Shown: positions 19,796 to 31,959, counted from the stretch's first letter. The stretch is DNA of 64,000 bases from an uncultured Chlamydiae bacterium (GCA_963730605.1 CAVSSM010000007.1:166806-230805); one strand, 5' to 3'. A program made the numbers and translations. Notes: generated by a model from the letters alone, not told the origin.

Positions 19796-22498
19796 ATGAG
19801 TCCGGAAATTGCTCAGTTAGATGTCTCTGTAGAACTGAGCTTGTCTCCTGAGGGTCGTGTCTATGTCAATAGAGATAGACAGTCGGATGAACGTTTGCTT
19901 TTAGCCGAATGTACAAAAATCGAGGAATTCTTTGTTAAGAGCGTTCCTTATGCCCTTCTGCATTTGGGACTTCGCGATTTCGAATCTCTACCCTCTAGTT
20001 TTTTATTCTGGCAGACCTTTTCTCGTCAATTTATCATACGTGTTTGTCAATTACAGAGTACTGAGAATCAGGGCAAAATCATTATCGATGAACCAAGTAG
20101 CGATGAACTCCGAGCCATCCTAGATAAAGCACCCTTCATGCAAGGAACGGAATATCTTTCGGAAGAAGTCCTAATTGATATTTGGAGGCAGATGGTAGAG
20201 ATCCTGAATCAAGAACTCACCGCTTTTTCAGGGTCCATACAAGCATATTTAGGTCAATATAGTTCCCGTTGGAACCAAGTAGGGCGGGTTTGTTTTCACT
20301 TAGCGGAAAATAAAAATAACGAAAAGAAGCCGTTTGCTTTTTTGGCTACTTACACGCAGCTCAGCCGTCACGGCGCCCTTCCGCAACATTTGCCTTTGAA
20401 GCGGGCGTTGCAAGAGTCCGCAAAGGATGCAACACGCTCTGACCTACTATCTCTTCTTATTCCTGTACAAAAAGCGGCAGCCCAAAGCCCTTTTGTTAAA
20501 GGACTTGTTGATGCAGGGACTATTTTTGAAGCCATGGCTTGGACGACCCGTGATGCGCACAGGTTTTTACAAGACATTCCCTTAATGGAGGCAAGCGGTG
20601 TGATGATTCGCGTGCCGAACTGGTGGAATCCGCAAAAACCGCCGAAACTGAAAGCGGAAGTGCATTTAGGGGAACGGTCTGGCTCTATTTTGGGGTTAGG
20701 GAGTTTGCTGGAATTTGATATTCGTCTGGCTCATGCTAATGGGGAATCCTTGACGAGAGATGAGTGGCTTGAACTCATGCAAGGCGATGGGGGGTTGGTT
20801 AAAGTCAAGGGGCAGTGGATCGAAGTGGATAAAGAGAAGCTTAAAGCTCTCCTTTCTCACTGGGATCATCTGAAACAAACCAAACGAGAAGGTCTCTCAA
20901 TGGCGGAGGGTTTACGCCTTTTGGCGGGGATGGATACGATGGCTGTACCCGGAGGCAAAACAGAGGAAACTTCTGTCGAATGGTTTCAAGTCACTGCGGG
21001 AAATTGGTTAAAGACCGTTTTGGAACAGCTTAAATGTCCGCACCATTCTCAAAAAAAAGCACTGGAAGAGGCATTAGATAAAAACCTTCGCGGAGAGCTC
21101 CGCCCCTATCAGAAGAAAGGAGTTCAATGGCTCTGGGTACTGTATCAACTGAGATTGGGAGGCTGCCTTGCGGATGATATGGGACTTGGCAAAACCATTC
21201 AGGTTCTCTCTTTGCTCTTGGCAATTAAAGAAACGGGCGCCACAGATAAACCTCATCTCTTAGTAGTTCCCGCCTCATTATTAGGAAATTGGCTGTCAGA
21301 AGCAGCCCGCTTTGCTCCAACGCTTAAAGTGACTCTCGCACATAGCTCGGCAAAAGAAAGGCTGGAAGGCGTTGATCTTGTCCTCACTACATACGGATTT
21401 CTTCAACGGGAAAAAACACTGCAAGAGACCAGGTGGAATCTCGTCATTTTGGATGAGGCGCAGTCGATCAAAAATCCTAATGCAAAACAGACTCTCGCAG
21501 TGAAGGGCTTGATGAGCGACGTGCGTCTTGCTCTCACAGGGACACCCGTTGAAAATCGGGTTGGCGACCTATGGTCCCTCTTTGACTTTACTTCCCCAGG
21601 CCTTTTGGGTTCGGCTAAGGCATTTGCAGGTTACTCGAAACAGGCGGAGCGCGCCCATTTTATGGCAGCTCTTCGTAAACTTACACAGCCCTACATCCTC
21701 AGACGGCTTAAAAGCGATAAAAGCATTATTTCTGATCTTCCCGCTAAAACAGAAATGAAAATCTACTGCTACTTAAGCAAAGCGCAGATTCGCTTGTATG
21801 CACAAGCGATTGAAGAATTGGGGAAACAACTGGAAGAAGCCGAAGGAATCCAACGACGCGGACTTGTCTTATCCTCCCTGATGCGCCTCAAGCAAATTTG
21901 CAATCACCCCTCTCAATGGTTGGGGTTTGGAGAATTTGCTGAAGAGGAAAGCGGCAAATGGACCCGTTTGCGAGAAATTTGCGAACAGATCGCTGAAAAA
22001 CAAGAGAAAGTTCTGATTTTTACACAGTTTAAAGAAATCATCAATCCTCTGTTTTTGTTCTTAACCAACCTATTTGGCAAGGAAGGGCTAACCCTTCATG
22101 GGGATATTGCAGTCTCAAAGCGAGCTGCCTTAGTGGAGAAATTCCAACAAGACCAGGGACCGCCTTTCTTCATCCTCTCTCTCAAGGCGGGAGGAATCGG
22201 GTTGAACCTCACAAAGGCGTCTCACGTTATTCACTTTGACCGTTGGTGGAATCCAGCTGTTGAAAACCAGGCTACGGATCGTGCCTATCGCATTGGGCAA
22301 AAGCATCCCGTATTGGTGCATCAATTTATTTGCCAAGGAACAATTGAGGAAAAAATCGATACTTTGATCGAAGCGAAGAAAAATTTATCAAAAGAGCTGC
22401 TGGAAGAAGGAAAGGAAATCTCTCTCACCGAACTATCGAATGAACAGGTGTTGCAGATGGTTTCTCTCGATATTCAGCGCGCAATGGGAGAGGAATAA
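19796..22498 (+). CDS. SNF2-family (SWI2/SNF2) helicase/ATPase
   Basis: LRPYQ, LADDMGLGKT, LDEAQ, LTGTPVEN, SLKAGGIGLNLT, WWNPAVENQATDRAYRIGQ. Confidence 0.95.
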   Translation: MSPEIAQLDVSVELSLSPEGRVYVNRDRQSDERLLLAECTKIEEFFVKSVPYALLHLGLRDFESLPSSFLFWQTFSRQFIIRVCQLQSTENQGKIIIDEPSSDELRAILDKAPFMQGTEYLSEEVLIDIWRQMVEILNQELTAFSGSIQAYLGQYSSRWNQVGRVCFHLAENKNNEKKPFAFLATYTQLSRHGALPQHLPLKRALQESAKDATRSDLLSLLIPVQKAAAQSPFVKGLVDAGTIFEAMAWTTRDAHRFLQDIPLMEASGVMIRVPNWWNPQKPPKLKAEVHLGERSGSILGLGSLLEFDIRLAHANGESLTRDEWLELMQGDGGLVKVKGQWIEVDKEKLKALLSHWDHLKQTKREGLSMAEGLRLLAGMDTMAVPGGKTEETSVEWFQVTAGNWLKTVLEQLKCPHHSQKKALEEALDKNLRGELRPYQKKGVQWLWVLYQLRLGGCLADDMGLGKTIQVLSLLLAIKETGATDKPHLLVVPASLLGNWLSEAARFAPTLKVTLAHSSAKERLEGVDLVLTTYGFLQREKTLQETRWNLVILDEAQSIKNPNAKQTLAVKGLMSDVRLALTGTPVENRVGDLWSLFDFTSPGLLGSAKAFAGYSKQAERAHFMAALRKLTQPYILRRLKSDKSIISDLPAKTEMKIYCYLSKAQIRLYAQAIEELGKQLEEAEGIQRRGLVLSSLMRLKQICNHPSQWLGFGEFAEEESGKWTRLREICEQIAEKQEKVLIFTQFKEIINPLFLFLTNLFGKEGLTLHGDIAVSKRAALVEKFQQDQGPPFFILSLKAGGIGLNLTKASHVIHFDRWWNPAVENQATDRAYRIGQKHPVLVHQFICQGTIEEKIDTLIEAKKNLSKELLEEGKEISLTELSNEQVLQMVSLDIQRAMGEE

Positions 22499-22499
22499 A

Positions 22500-23458
22500 A
22501 TGAGATATTGGGCGCCTTATATGCCAGTTGCTAAAAGGAGAGCGCAAGCAGCCAAACAACTACAGAAGGTAAAAGCGAAGGGCAAGGCTTTAAATCCCGT
22601 GGTTATCGCTGGGCGCCAGATTGCGAATACATTTTGGGGAAAAGCTTGGTGCGATAATCTAGAAAACTACAGCGACTATGCCAATCGCCTGCCGCGAGGG
22701 AGGACTTATGTCCGGAACGGCTCCGTGCTCGACCTCAAGATCGCTAAGGGGGCAATTTTGGCCCAAGTAATGGGGTCTTATCTTTACGAGGTTGCTATTG
22801 AAATTAAGGCCATGCCCGCTTCAAAGTGGACTAGCCTTGTTAAGAGATGCTCTGGGAAAATTGAGTCTCTGATCGAGTTGCTCCAGGGAAAATTTTCAAA
22901 CGCTGTTATGTCGATGATCATTGATAAAGAGAGCGGCTTATTTCCCCGCCCCAATGAAATTGAGATGTCATGCAGCTGCCCCGACGGCGTGAGAATGTGC
23001 AAACATACCGCGGCCGTTCTTTACGGCATCGGCGCTTGCCTCGACCAGCAACCTGAGAAGCTCTTTATAATGAGGCATGTCGATCATCTGGAGCTTATTG
23101 CTCAGGCAAGTACGGATGGTATTATCGCTGCATCTCAGCCAAGTGCAGATACTCTTGAAGACAGCGACCTCTCAGATGTATTCGGCATCGTAATGGCGCC
23201 AGCCGGTGAGAAAAAAAAGCACCCTTAGCCACACAAAAGAAAGCTCCCTCTCAAAAACCCAAAAAGAAGACGATTTTTCATTCCGACGAACGGACGGAAT
23301 TATCTGTACCACAAGCGGCGGTCCTCTTAAAACTCTCCGAAGCTCGCCTCCTTAGGTTGCTCAATGATAAAATGATCCCTTTTCGTCGAGAAAGGAAGCA
23401 GCGCTGGATTGCATTTGAAGAGATTATTAAATACAGAAAAAATCGAGGGCAAATATGA
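22500..23458 (+). CDS. SWIM zinc-finger protein, probably continuing through an A-run frameshift (about 23211-23218) into an excisionase-like HTH_17 domain
   Basis: NRLPRGRTYVRNGSV, CSCPD...CKHTAAVLY. The shifted frame reads ...ELSVPQAAVLLKLSEARLLRLLNDKMIPFRRERKQRWI, with stop at 23458. Confidence 0.8.
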
Positions 23459-23907
23459 GATCATTTGATATTTTTCTTAGGATGGTAGATAGACGCTTGA
23501 ATCTCCATTAGCAAGGAGAGAGATTTTACAGAGGGCTCAAAAGTCAGGAAAAGAGAAATTTTTTCTGGAATACAAATAACCTGAGTTTTGGGTTCATTTG
23601 TCTATGAGATTCAAGGATATTTCGAGCATATTTTTGCGCTTTGGAGCCGAGAGCAATATCGGGACGAGCATCTTGCCGAGGCGAAAAGTCAAAAAGATGC
23701 CGAAAGAAATTGAAGCTCAGGCAAATGAACCCAAAACTCAGGTAAATAGTCAATTTGACTGTCCAGAATATCCGGGTGGTCGCTGAACATAGAAGAGCCA
23801 CTAGCTTTTCTCAACTTCAAGGAAATTAGGCGGTACATAAATAGTTAGGTTAATTTTTAATTGATGCGATAAGATTCTTGGCTTCTGGTGGAAAAGGGTT
23901 AAAGAAT

Positions 23908-24615
23908 ATGCTGACGTGCTGTCCTTCATGTGGTTCAAATGTCTTCAAAAAAATGGGATCAATCAACACGGAGACCAGAATCATAAATGCCTGATATGCC
24001 ATAGGCAGTTCGTTTTTGACCCACAGAACAAAATCATCTCTGATGAGACAAAAGGCCTGGTTCGCAGGTTGCTCTTAGAAAAACTGTCTTTGAGAGGTAT
24101 TTGCCGAGCAACTCAAGTCAGTCAGCCTTGGCTATTGAACTTTATTCAGCAGGAATATGCGCAAGTCCCTCAGAATTTGAATGTGAGAGTGCCGCCTGAA
24201 TCTACGGGTCTTATTCTGGAGCGTCTCGAGGCAGATGAGCTGTGGTCGTTTGTAGGTAAGAAGAAAAACCAGGTATGGATCTGGCTCGCATTAGATGCTA
24301 CAACTCGTCAAGTTGTAGCAGTACATGCAGGAGGACGATCGGAACAAGATGCGAAAACTTTTTGGACAGAGGTGCCTGAGCCTTACCGTTCAGGATGCGA
24401 TGTTTATACCGATGAGTGGGATGTCTACAGAGGAGCTATTCCTCCAGAAGTTCATTTTGCCGTAAAAAAAAGTCCGGAAAAACAAGTCTCATTGAAGGAG
24501 TTAAGTGCATTCTCCGACAGAGAGTGAGTCGTTTGGTGAGGAAGACGGTGGCCTTTTCCAAGCAATTTGCCAATCACATAGGAGCGATACGGTACTTTGT
24601 TAGCCATTACAACAT
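23908..24615 (+). mobile_element. IS1-family transposase (frameshifted); ends not resolved
   Basis: CPSCGS..KNG..Q.HKCLICHRQF zinc finger, EADELWSFVGKK, YTDEWDVY, LRQRVSRLVRKT.AFSK. Confidence 0.85.
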
Positions 24616-24814
24616 TGATGAGGACTTTAATGAATGGAGTCCCAACATCATTCGTGTGAACGTGGCCGACCATATGTTTATTATGGTCGATGACTGGCAG
24701 ATGACTAATATCGTGTCTATGCAGGATTTCAGCTGCTTTATGTATCGGATCCTCTGGCGTTATTGCCTTTGGCTTTTCATTCATAATCGCTTTCACGTCA
24801 ACCATCTGTGGCAT
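24616..24814 (-). pseudogene. CBS-domain protein truncated by IS1
   Basis: VKAIMNEKPKAITPEDPIHKAAEILHRHDISHLPVID; RBS AGGAG. Confidence 0.7.
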
Positions 24815-24868
24815 AAACTCTCCTTGTAATTGGTTTGCAATATCTCTCGTGATTACCACAGATTGCAT

Positions 24869-27229
24869 TTATACCCACTTCCAATTCCGAATTTCAGGCA
24901 TGTCTTGGCCATGTTTGTCAATATAGCTCTTATGCTCGATGAGCTTATCTTGCATCAGTTGCTTCAAATAGGCCCCCTTGGCGCCCAAATGCGTCAGTCG
25001 GTCCACTACGTCTTGCACCAGATGAAAGCGGTCTAGCTTATTCTGTACCCGAATGTCAAAGGCGGTCGTGATCGTCCCTTCTTCGATGTAACCCCGAACA
25101 TGGAGGTTCCTGTTAAACCTGCGGTAGGTCAACCGGTGAATGAGCGAGGGGTATCCATGAAATCCGAAGATGATGTGCTTATCTTTTGTGAATAGCGAAT
25201 CGTAATCCCTCTCGGAGAGTCCATGCGGGTGCTCGCTTGCGGACTGCAGTTTCATTAAATCGACGACATTGACCACGCGGATTTTCAGATCGGGTAGATG
25301 CTGACGAAGGATGGAAACAGCCGCCAAGATCTCCAACGTGGGTGTATCTCCAGAGCAGCCCATCACTACGTCTGGTTCGCCATCCTGGTCATTGCTAGCC
25401 CATTGCCAAATGCCTATTCCTTCTGTGCAATGGACAATTGCTGCATCCATAGTTAACCATTGCGGCAATGCGTGTTTGCCAGCCACTACCACATTGACGT
25501 AATGCCGGCTGCGCAAACAGTGATCGAAGATCGACAAGAGACAGTTGGCATCTGCTGGCAGGTAAATGCGGACAATGTCGGCCTTCTTGTTGATGACATG
25601 ATCGAGAAAGCCAGGATCCTGGTGCGTGAAGCCGTTGTGATCTTGCTGCCAGACGTGGGAAGCGAGCAGATAATTTAAAGAGGCAATCTTCCTGCGCCAG
25701 GGGAGTTCTAACGTTACCTTCAGCCACTTGGCATGCTGGCTGAACATCGAATCGACGATGCGGATAAACGCCTCATAACTGTTGAACAGTCCGTGCCGTC
25801 CTGTCAGCAAGTATCCTTCCAACCATCCCTCGCACTGGTGCTCGCTGAGCATCGAATCCAGCACTTGCCCCTCACACGCGAGGAATTCATCATTTTCTAC
25901 TTTCTGGGCATCCCATTGACGATTGGTCGCCTCAAAGACTGCGCCCAAGAGATTTGAAAGAGTCTCATCCGGCCCGAAGATGCGGAAATTACGCTGATCC
26001 TGATTCAGCTTGACTACATCGCGTAAGTATTGACCTAGCACCAGAGTATCTTGACCCTCAATGGCGCCAGGAGATGGCACATTCACTGCGTGAACGCGGA
26101 AATCCGGCATATTCAGGTCCCTGAGTAGAAGGCCTCCGTTGGCATGGGGATTAGCACCCATCCTCCGGTCTCCCTTGGGCGCGAGCTCGGCTAATTCCGG
26201 TAATAACCTCCCATTTTCATCGAACAGTTCTTCAGCCTTATAACTCTTCATCCAGCCTTCCAACAACTTCACATGATCCGGATGATCGGCATTCACCAAG
26301 ATCGGCACCTGATGCGCTCGGAAGGTGCCCTCAATTTGCAGACCGTCGACGACTTTCGGACCTGTCCAGCCCTTGGGCGATCTCAAAACGATCATTGGCC
26401 AGCGCCGCCGTGTCGTGTCATTCTTGCTCCGTGCATTGCTTTGGATTTGCTGGATCTCTTCGATGGCCTTATCCAAAGTACCGGCCATGAGTTGATGCAT
26501 CTCTTCCGGCACATCGCCCTCGACAAAATAAGGCGTCCAGCCGCACCCTCTAAAAAATTGTTCCAACTCTTCAGGCTCAATGCGAGATAGAACTGTAGGG
26601 TTGCTGATTTTGAATCCATTGAGGTGCAGAATAGGCAGCACAGCTCCATCGGTAATTGGATCGAGAAACTTGTTTGACTGCCATGCGGTTGCCAAGGGGC
26701 CGGTTTCCGCTTCACCATCCCCAATGACGCAGGCAGTGATCAGATCAGGATTATCGAACACAGCCCCGAAGGCATGGCTGAGGGAATACCCCAGTTCCCC
26801 CCCTTCGTGGATCGACCCCGGCGTCGTCGGTGCGACATGGCTCGAAATCCCGCCCGGCCACGAAAATTGTGTGAACAGTTTTTTTAGCCCGGCTTCGTCT
26901 TGGCTGATGTCCGGATAAATCTCACTGTAGCTGCCTTCGAGATAAGTATTTCCAACTAGCGCCGGGCCGCCGTGGCCAGGACCAGCGATATAGAACATAT
27001 TTAAGTCGTATTTCTTGATGACCCGATTCAAATGCACATATATGAAGTTCTGCCCCGGCGTCGTGCCCCAATGTCCGACCACCAACGGCTTCACGTGAGA
27101 CAATTTCAAAGGCTCCTTCAAGAGTGGGTTGTCGTAAAGATAGATCTGACCGACCGATAAGTAATTAGCAGCCCGCCAGTAGGCATTCATCTTTCTGAGC
27201 AATTCCGGCGAAAGCATTTTGGTCTTCAT
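24869..27229 (-). CDS. xfp: Phosphoketolase (intact copy)
   Basis: [50 protein letters not shown]. The start overlaps the ackA stop (ATGA). Confidence 0.95.
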   Translation of the reverse strand: MKTKMLSPELLRKMNAYWRAANYLSVGQIYLYDNPLLKEPLKLSHVKPLVVGHWGTTPGQNFIYVHLNRVIKKYDLNMFYIAGPGHGGPALVGNTYLEGSYSEIYPDISQDEAGLKKLFTQFSWPGGISSHVAPTTPGSIHEGGELGYSLSHAFGAVFDNPDLITACVIGDGEAETGPLATAWQSNKFLDPITDGAVLPILHLNGFKISNPTVLSRIEPEELEQFFRGCGWTPYFVEGDVPEEMHQLMAGTLDKAIEEIQQIQSNARSKNDTTRRRWPMIVLRSPKGWTGPKVVDGLQIEGTFRAHQVPILVNADHPDHVKLLEGWMKSYKAEELFDENGRLLPELAELAPKGDRRMGANPHANGGLLLRDLNMPDFRVHAVNVPSPGAIEGQDTLVLGQYLRDVVKLNQDQRNFRIFGPDETLSNLLGAVFEATNRQWDAQKVENDEFLACEGQVLDSMLSEHQCEGWLEGYLLTGRHGLFNSYEAFIRIVDSMFSQHAKWLKVTLELPWRRKIASLNYLLASHVWQQDHNGFTHQDPGFLDHVINKKADIVRIYLPADANCLLSIFDHCLRSRHYVNVVVAGKHALPQWLTMDAAIVHCTEGIGIWQWASNDQDGEPDVVMGCSGDTPTLEILAAVSILRQHLPDLKIRVVNVVDLMKLQSASEHPHGLSERDYDSLFTKDKHIIFGFHGYPSLIHRLTYRRFNRNLHVRGYIEEGTITTAFDIRVQNKLDRFHLVQDVVDRLTHLGAKGAYLKQLMQDKLIEHKSYIDKHGQDMPEIRNWKWV

Positions 27230-27771
27230 AGTTTCACGCTTTTTAATACTGTTTTGGCAATCATCCACTCCTCATCTGTGTGAATCACACGGACTGAGAC
27301 TGGCCCTTTGGAAATCACTCCCTCATTCGTCCCATTCCGTTTTTTTTCGAGCTCGATTCCCTAGGAAGCCCATCGCAAATCCTGGCCCGTACAATCGGCG
27401 CATTCTCCCCAATGCCGCCAGCAAATACAAGTGTATCCAATCCCCCCAAGCCGGCCGCAAATGCGCCGATCCATTTCTTGACCTGATAGCAAAAGAGAGC
27501 GACTGCCTCAGCAGCACGGATATCTTCCTTTTCCTTCTCAAGCAAGTCGTGCATGTCGGAATTGGTCTCTGAAATACCGAGCAGCCCAGACTCGAAATTG
27601 ACCATCTTATTAAATCGTTTTGCATCGAATCCTTCGGTGCTTGCCAGATACAAAACCAACCCCGGATCGAGATCTCCTGAGCGAGTGCTCATCGGCACAC
27701 CGGCTGTCGGTGTGAAACTCATGCTTGTATCTATGGACCTGCCGCCATGTACCGCATTCAGGCTTGCGCCC
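27226..27771 (-). pseudogene. ackA: Acetate kinase C-terminal fragment
   Basis: [33 protein letters not shown]; 5' part missing. Confidence 0.85.
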
Positions 27772-27995
27772 CTTCTCCATGTCCTTTTGCATTCTGATTT
27801 CCGTTAACAGTCTCTTAGACGTTTAGCGGGGTATTTTTCTATTTTCCTCCAGAAAATTTTACATATTTTACATCGAAAATAGGATGGGAGTCAATTGCTG
27901 AATAGAGAGTAATTAAGGAAGCAGGATGCAACAAATTTTGGCGTACTGGCTCGTAAAATCTGGCGATTTCGAACGATCTTCTTTTCGGGAGTTTG

Positions 27996-28324
27996 AGTTC
28001 GGGGGTGATGTGGACGAGGGCGTAGGCGCCTAGTCGGGTTTTCCAGTAGGCGAGGTGGCGTTTGGTGTCGTCGCCGGAACGATGATGCTCCAGGGCGCCG
28101 TCTTGGGTGTAGCGATTCGTGAGTTCGGCGAAGGTCCGGATTTGGTTGTGTTGGTCGAACTGGAATTGGCCGGCTTTGATCTGGCGCTCCACTCCTTGCG
28201 CCCAATCCTCCGCCTCTTGCTTGCGTTCGAAGTGGTTGCAGACGGTGGGGTAGCCCTTGATGCGGACGACCGCGCGCCAGACGGTCGTGCCGTCGTCGTT
28301 TTTGCGTTTGTAAATGGATGCCAT
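27996..28324 (-). pseudogene. Tyrosine integrase N-terminal fragment, near-identical to 50254-51324
   Basis: MASIYKRKNDDGTTVWRAVVRIKGYP...HITPEL, then identity stops. Confidence 0.9.
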
Positions 28325-28487
28325 GATGCCAACTTTAGGTTAACGGTTTTGGGTTGGAGGGCGCTGCCGGTTAAGATTATTCTTTGCTGCAACGCCATTG
28401 CACCGTCGGCATACATTTTAAACTTTAACTTGATATTCGATCAAGCCGAGTCTTGCCTAAGTGCAGTGGATTGTGCTGGTTATGAAA

Positions 28488-28529
28488 TGGGGCAACCTGG
28501 ATTTGAACCAGGGACCGACGGGTTATGAG
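28488..28529 (-). tRNA. 3' half of tRNA(CAU) (Met/Ile2); att site 1
   Basis: CTCATAA anticodon loop, CCCGT, T arm CCTGG-TTCAAAT-CCAGG, TTGCCCCA; no 5' half. Confidence 0.85.
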
Positions 28530-28820
28530 GGAGGGAGATTTCCATCCCATTCAGCACGATCCAACCGTTATGAGCATAAGTGTAAATGAGTTGTTGAATG
28601 GTTGCAACGGGTTTTTGCGGATTAAGACCGGGTTTTTGGTGCAGCCGTTGCACCGCCATTGCACCGTGAGCACGCTGGGAACTGCAAAAATTGGAAAATG
28701 GTTTAGAATGAGGGCCAGCAGAGTTCGCTTTCTTATCAGCCATGATCTCTGCCCAGATTGGTAACAGCTCTCCCGTGAAGTGAAATGGCCTTAAATAAAG
28801 GATAAAGAGGTTTAATCAAC

Positions 28821-29786
28821 ATGAAACAACCAATAAAAATCCCTTTCGGCCTCAATAAAAGCAATGTTCTTGTCCATATTTCTGATGTAGAAAGTGGCAA
28901 AAAATGCGGCTGTATCTGTCCGGCTTGCAAATCTCCGCTGATTGCAAGCAAGAAAGGCCGACAAAGGCAAGAGCACTTCAAACATGCTGCTGTCATCGAA
29001 TGTGAAGGCGCATTTGAAAGCGCAGTCCATCTGGCAGCTAAAAAGATTATTACCGAAAGAAAGCAATTAACCCTCTCGCAGTACCTCATCAGTGTATCGA
29101 AAAAAGACTCAAGGGGAAGAGAGTATACGGCACAAAAAACCATTGTAAAGCATGGGACGAATATAAACTTCGATTCCGTAGAAGAAGAAGTAGAATTACA
29201 GGGCATGAGAGCTGACATACTGGCTAAGAAAGGTGCTCATCAACTCATTGTTGAGATTTTTTATCGCCATAAAGTGGATGATCAAAAGCGTGAAAAAATA
29301 ACTGAGAACAACCTATCCGCAATAGAAATCAATCTTTCTAATCTATTGCCAAGAGATGTGCAGGACTGGGAAGCTTTTTGGCTGTATATTAATGATCCTC
29401 AGCATATTCAATGGTTACATAATGCTAAAGCTCATCATGCCGATTATCCGGAACTTGAAAAGCAGGTAACAGAAAAAATTCAAGAGCAAGAAGAGAAATA
29501 TAAACAGGAAGAAATCGAAGCACAAGAACGGGCTCAAAAAGAGCTTGTATCTTTCCCGAATGACTTAAAGGGGCGTCAACGCAAGGAATATCCATCACCC
29601 GATAATCGGCCTCTTTTGTATAGACCATCGCTACCTCAACGAAGAGGGCCGCCGCTTATTGATTTGGTACATCCGTCTAGCGGAAGATTTACGGGAACCC
29701 AGAGACCAAGCAGCTATCGAGAAAATCGAACCTTTGGTCGCAAAAAAAGTGAAGCTGCCATTGATTTTCTATTGGAAAAGCCATAG
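28821..29786 (+). CDS. CoiA-like zinc-finger plus PD-(D/E)xK nuclease protein
   Basis: CICPACKSPLI...HFKH...ESAVHLAAK; RADILA...LIVEIFYRH. Confidence 0.7.
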   Translation: MKQPIKIPFGLNKSNVLVHISDVESGKKCGCICPACKSPLIASKKGRQRQEHFKHAAVIECEGAFESAVHLAAKKIITERKQLTLSQYLISVSKKDSRGREYTAQKTIVKHGTNINFDSVEEEVELQGMRADILAKKGAHQLIVEIFYRHKVDDQKREKITENNLSAIEINLSNLLPRDVQDWEAFWLYINDPQHIQWLHNAKAHHADYPELEKQVTEKIQEQEEKYKQEEIEAQERAQKELVSFPNDLKGRQRKEYPSPDNRPLLYRPSLPQRRGPPLIDLVHPSSGRFTGTQRPSSYRENRTFGRKKSEAAIDFLLEKP

Positions 29787-29853
29787 TACGGGTGTCTTTT
29801 TTGTTTGAACAGACAGGCGGCGGCGCATTAATTCCACTCTTGAATTGCCAAAT

Positions 29854-30833
29854 TTATTCTTTTTTAGATGGCTTGATTTCGTCGAATTTTGTCTTGGGAA
29901 AAAGAAACTCTTCTGTTAAACCTTCAGACTTTAGAAATTCTTTCACCTCATCAAAAGTGTTCGCTGGAATAATCATTTTGATGAAGGTTTGTTGTTTGGT
30001 TTCCGAGTAATGTTCTTTCCATGACAATTCAAAATCTTTCCTAAAATCCATTTGCGCAAGATAAATCGCCTCTTGTCTTTTGGCTTTGGGATCTAGGGTA
30101 TTGTTCAATTGAGCATTGGGCCACGGAAGACGGGGTAGGCCGGAATATTCTTGTAAAGGGTTTTGGACTAATGATTGTCTCAGCATTGATACGATGTCTT
30201 GGAACGGGGTTTCTCCAGGATGAAATACTGGCCCAAGATTTTTCTGATGAACCACAAACAAAGCTGCCTCATCGGGTTGTAAACGATTTCTGTTTGCAAA
30301 AAACAAACCGATTTTCCAATTAAGAGAAAAATCTAAAAAATTTGTCCCTAAAGGTATAAATCCAGCTAAATTCGGATCTTTTGGATTTTGTTGAACATGG
30401 ATGTGATGTTGGAAAATCATGTCAATGGGATGACCTCTTACTACCATAGGAGGTGCAACTCCGAAAAGAAACCGCCTTAAAATTGGGACTGACTCAAGAG
30501 TTATCAATAGATCATTCCCAAGTTCATGTTGGAGGGCAGTATTCGACCGTTCTTCGGCTGTGTATCTTTGGGTATCTTCCAATCCTCTCCGCACTTTCAT
30601 GTTACGAGCAAAAGTTGAATCAAGAAGACGATAGCTAAGGCGCTGACCTCGATAATAACAGGATTCTGGTATGAGAGCTTTGATGTGTTCCAGTTCGATC
30701 AAACAATCATAAAAAGTTGCAGGTCGCCACTCAAAGCCATCATCGCTAACAAGGGTATTTGATAAGCTTGGGGTATGAATAAGGCGTCCTAAGTAGATCG
30801 GGTTAATTGCTTTTTTTCGGGTTTGTTAGGCAT
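29854..30833 (-). CDS. FRG-domain protein (5' end probably shifted at an A-run near 30811-30817)
   Basis: YYRGQ, QHH...TNFLDFSLNWKIGLFFA match FRG motifs. The upstream frame is open towards ATG 30833 with one indel. Confidence 0.7.
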
Positions 30834-31069
30834 GATCCCTTTTAAATTGGTCGTGTTGTCGATGGATGCTATTCTTTCTAAATCATTATTTCAACACTTT
30901 CAAGGACAGCAAAGAAGTTTATCTTAGGGGGGATTTTTCTCCCGTTCTCTCTCTAGAGTTTTTCAACACAGCCCAAAAAGACTGGTAATCACACAGCCAA
31001 TGAACACGCCAATTCTTAGAACAAATGAAAATAGAATAGCGAAGAGATCATTCATGTTTTTCTGTATTA

Positions 31070-31411
31070 TTATTGATGGTTTCTTGATTTTATTTTTAAT
31101 TCATATAACACCAGTAGCTTTAAGTCTTCCGGTAAATTGCTGTTCTGAACACGAGTAACATACTCAACATGTTGTTCTGGAGTCCATGAATTGAGTATTT
31201 CATCTATAAAAATTTCATTTTTTATATTGTTTATTCTTTCCTGTTCTTCTAGATTTTTTCTAATACCTTGTCCAATCGATTTTCCCAAATTCTCTCCAAA
31301 TTTTGACCAAGCCTCCATTCTTGGATCTGGCCCCGTTTCAATCATTTGTACCGCCTGAATACTCGAAATACAGAGACACATCCCAAGCATGCTTAAAACT
31401 AATAACTTCAT
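31070..31411 (-). CDS. Secreted hypothetical protein
   Basis: Signal peptide MKLLVLSMLGMCLCISSIQA. Confidence 0.65.
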   Translation of the reverse strand: MKLLVLSMLGMCLCISSIQAVQMIETGPDPRMEAWSKFGENLGKSIGQGIRKNLEEQERINNIKNEIFIDEILNSWTPEQHVEYVTRVQNSNLPEDLKLLVLYELKIKSRNHQ

Positions 31412-31453
31412 GCCGCAGCCTTTAATTTATTTTTTTATTTCGTGATATCGCTA

Positions 31454-31747
31454 TTATTTACTTCTTGCGTAGGGATTTACGTACGTATATCCCTTGCTTG
31501 TTTTTTTCACGTGACCGGATGTAGTTTTAGTCTTCGGCAATCCGTTGACAGTGCTTCGTTTTCCATATCCCGCATAAGGAGCGGCCTTTTTATACGAAGA
31601 GCCGCGGCTTTTTGCCACAACAGCTTTAGGCGTATAGTCTGGGGTAAACTTCGGATAATATGACTTTTTCGGTGCAGCATTTAGTCCGCCTGCTGATAGC
31701 ATCAACACTCCCAAAAGAGCTGCGCTAAATAATTTGTTTTTAAACAT
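31454..31747 (-). CDS. Small basic secreted protein
   Basis: Signal peptide; C-terminal SGHVKKTSKGYTYVNPYAR; RBS GAGG. Confidence 0.7.
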   Translation of the reverse strand: MFKNKLFSAALLGVLMLSAGGLNAAPKKSYYPKFTPDYTPKAVVAKSRGSSYKKAAPYAGYGKRSTVNGLPKTKTTSGHVKKTSKGYTYVNPYARSK

Positions 31748-31883
31748 TTTCTATCCTCATCTTACTGGTTATTTTTCATTCTTTTGTTAAAATTTGCGAT
31801 CAACGAGAAGATTAATTCGATATAAAAACGAGATAAATCCTCTCCGCAATTAATAATTTCATTTTTTCATACTAAGATCATGC

Positions 31884-31917
31884 AACACTATCGTGTTTTA
31901 ATCAACACTATAGTGTC
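31884..31917. promoter_or_regulatory. Tandem palindromic operators upstream of the XRE gene
   Basis: ACACTATCGTGT and ACACTATAGTGT, 21 bp apart, in a divergent intergenic region. Confidence 0.6.
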
Positions 31918-31959
31918 TGTAAAAAGAGAGCTTTCTTGCTTAGCCTCTAGAAGAGGCCA

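Noticed and set aside
23544..23801. Short ORFs between the SWIM gene and IS1
   Set aside because: No recognisable family; possibly a gene remnant
27772..27995. Possible IS end (GAGACTGTTAACGG) in the ackA-int junction
   Set aside because: No partner TIR or transposase found; origin unresolved
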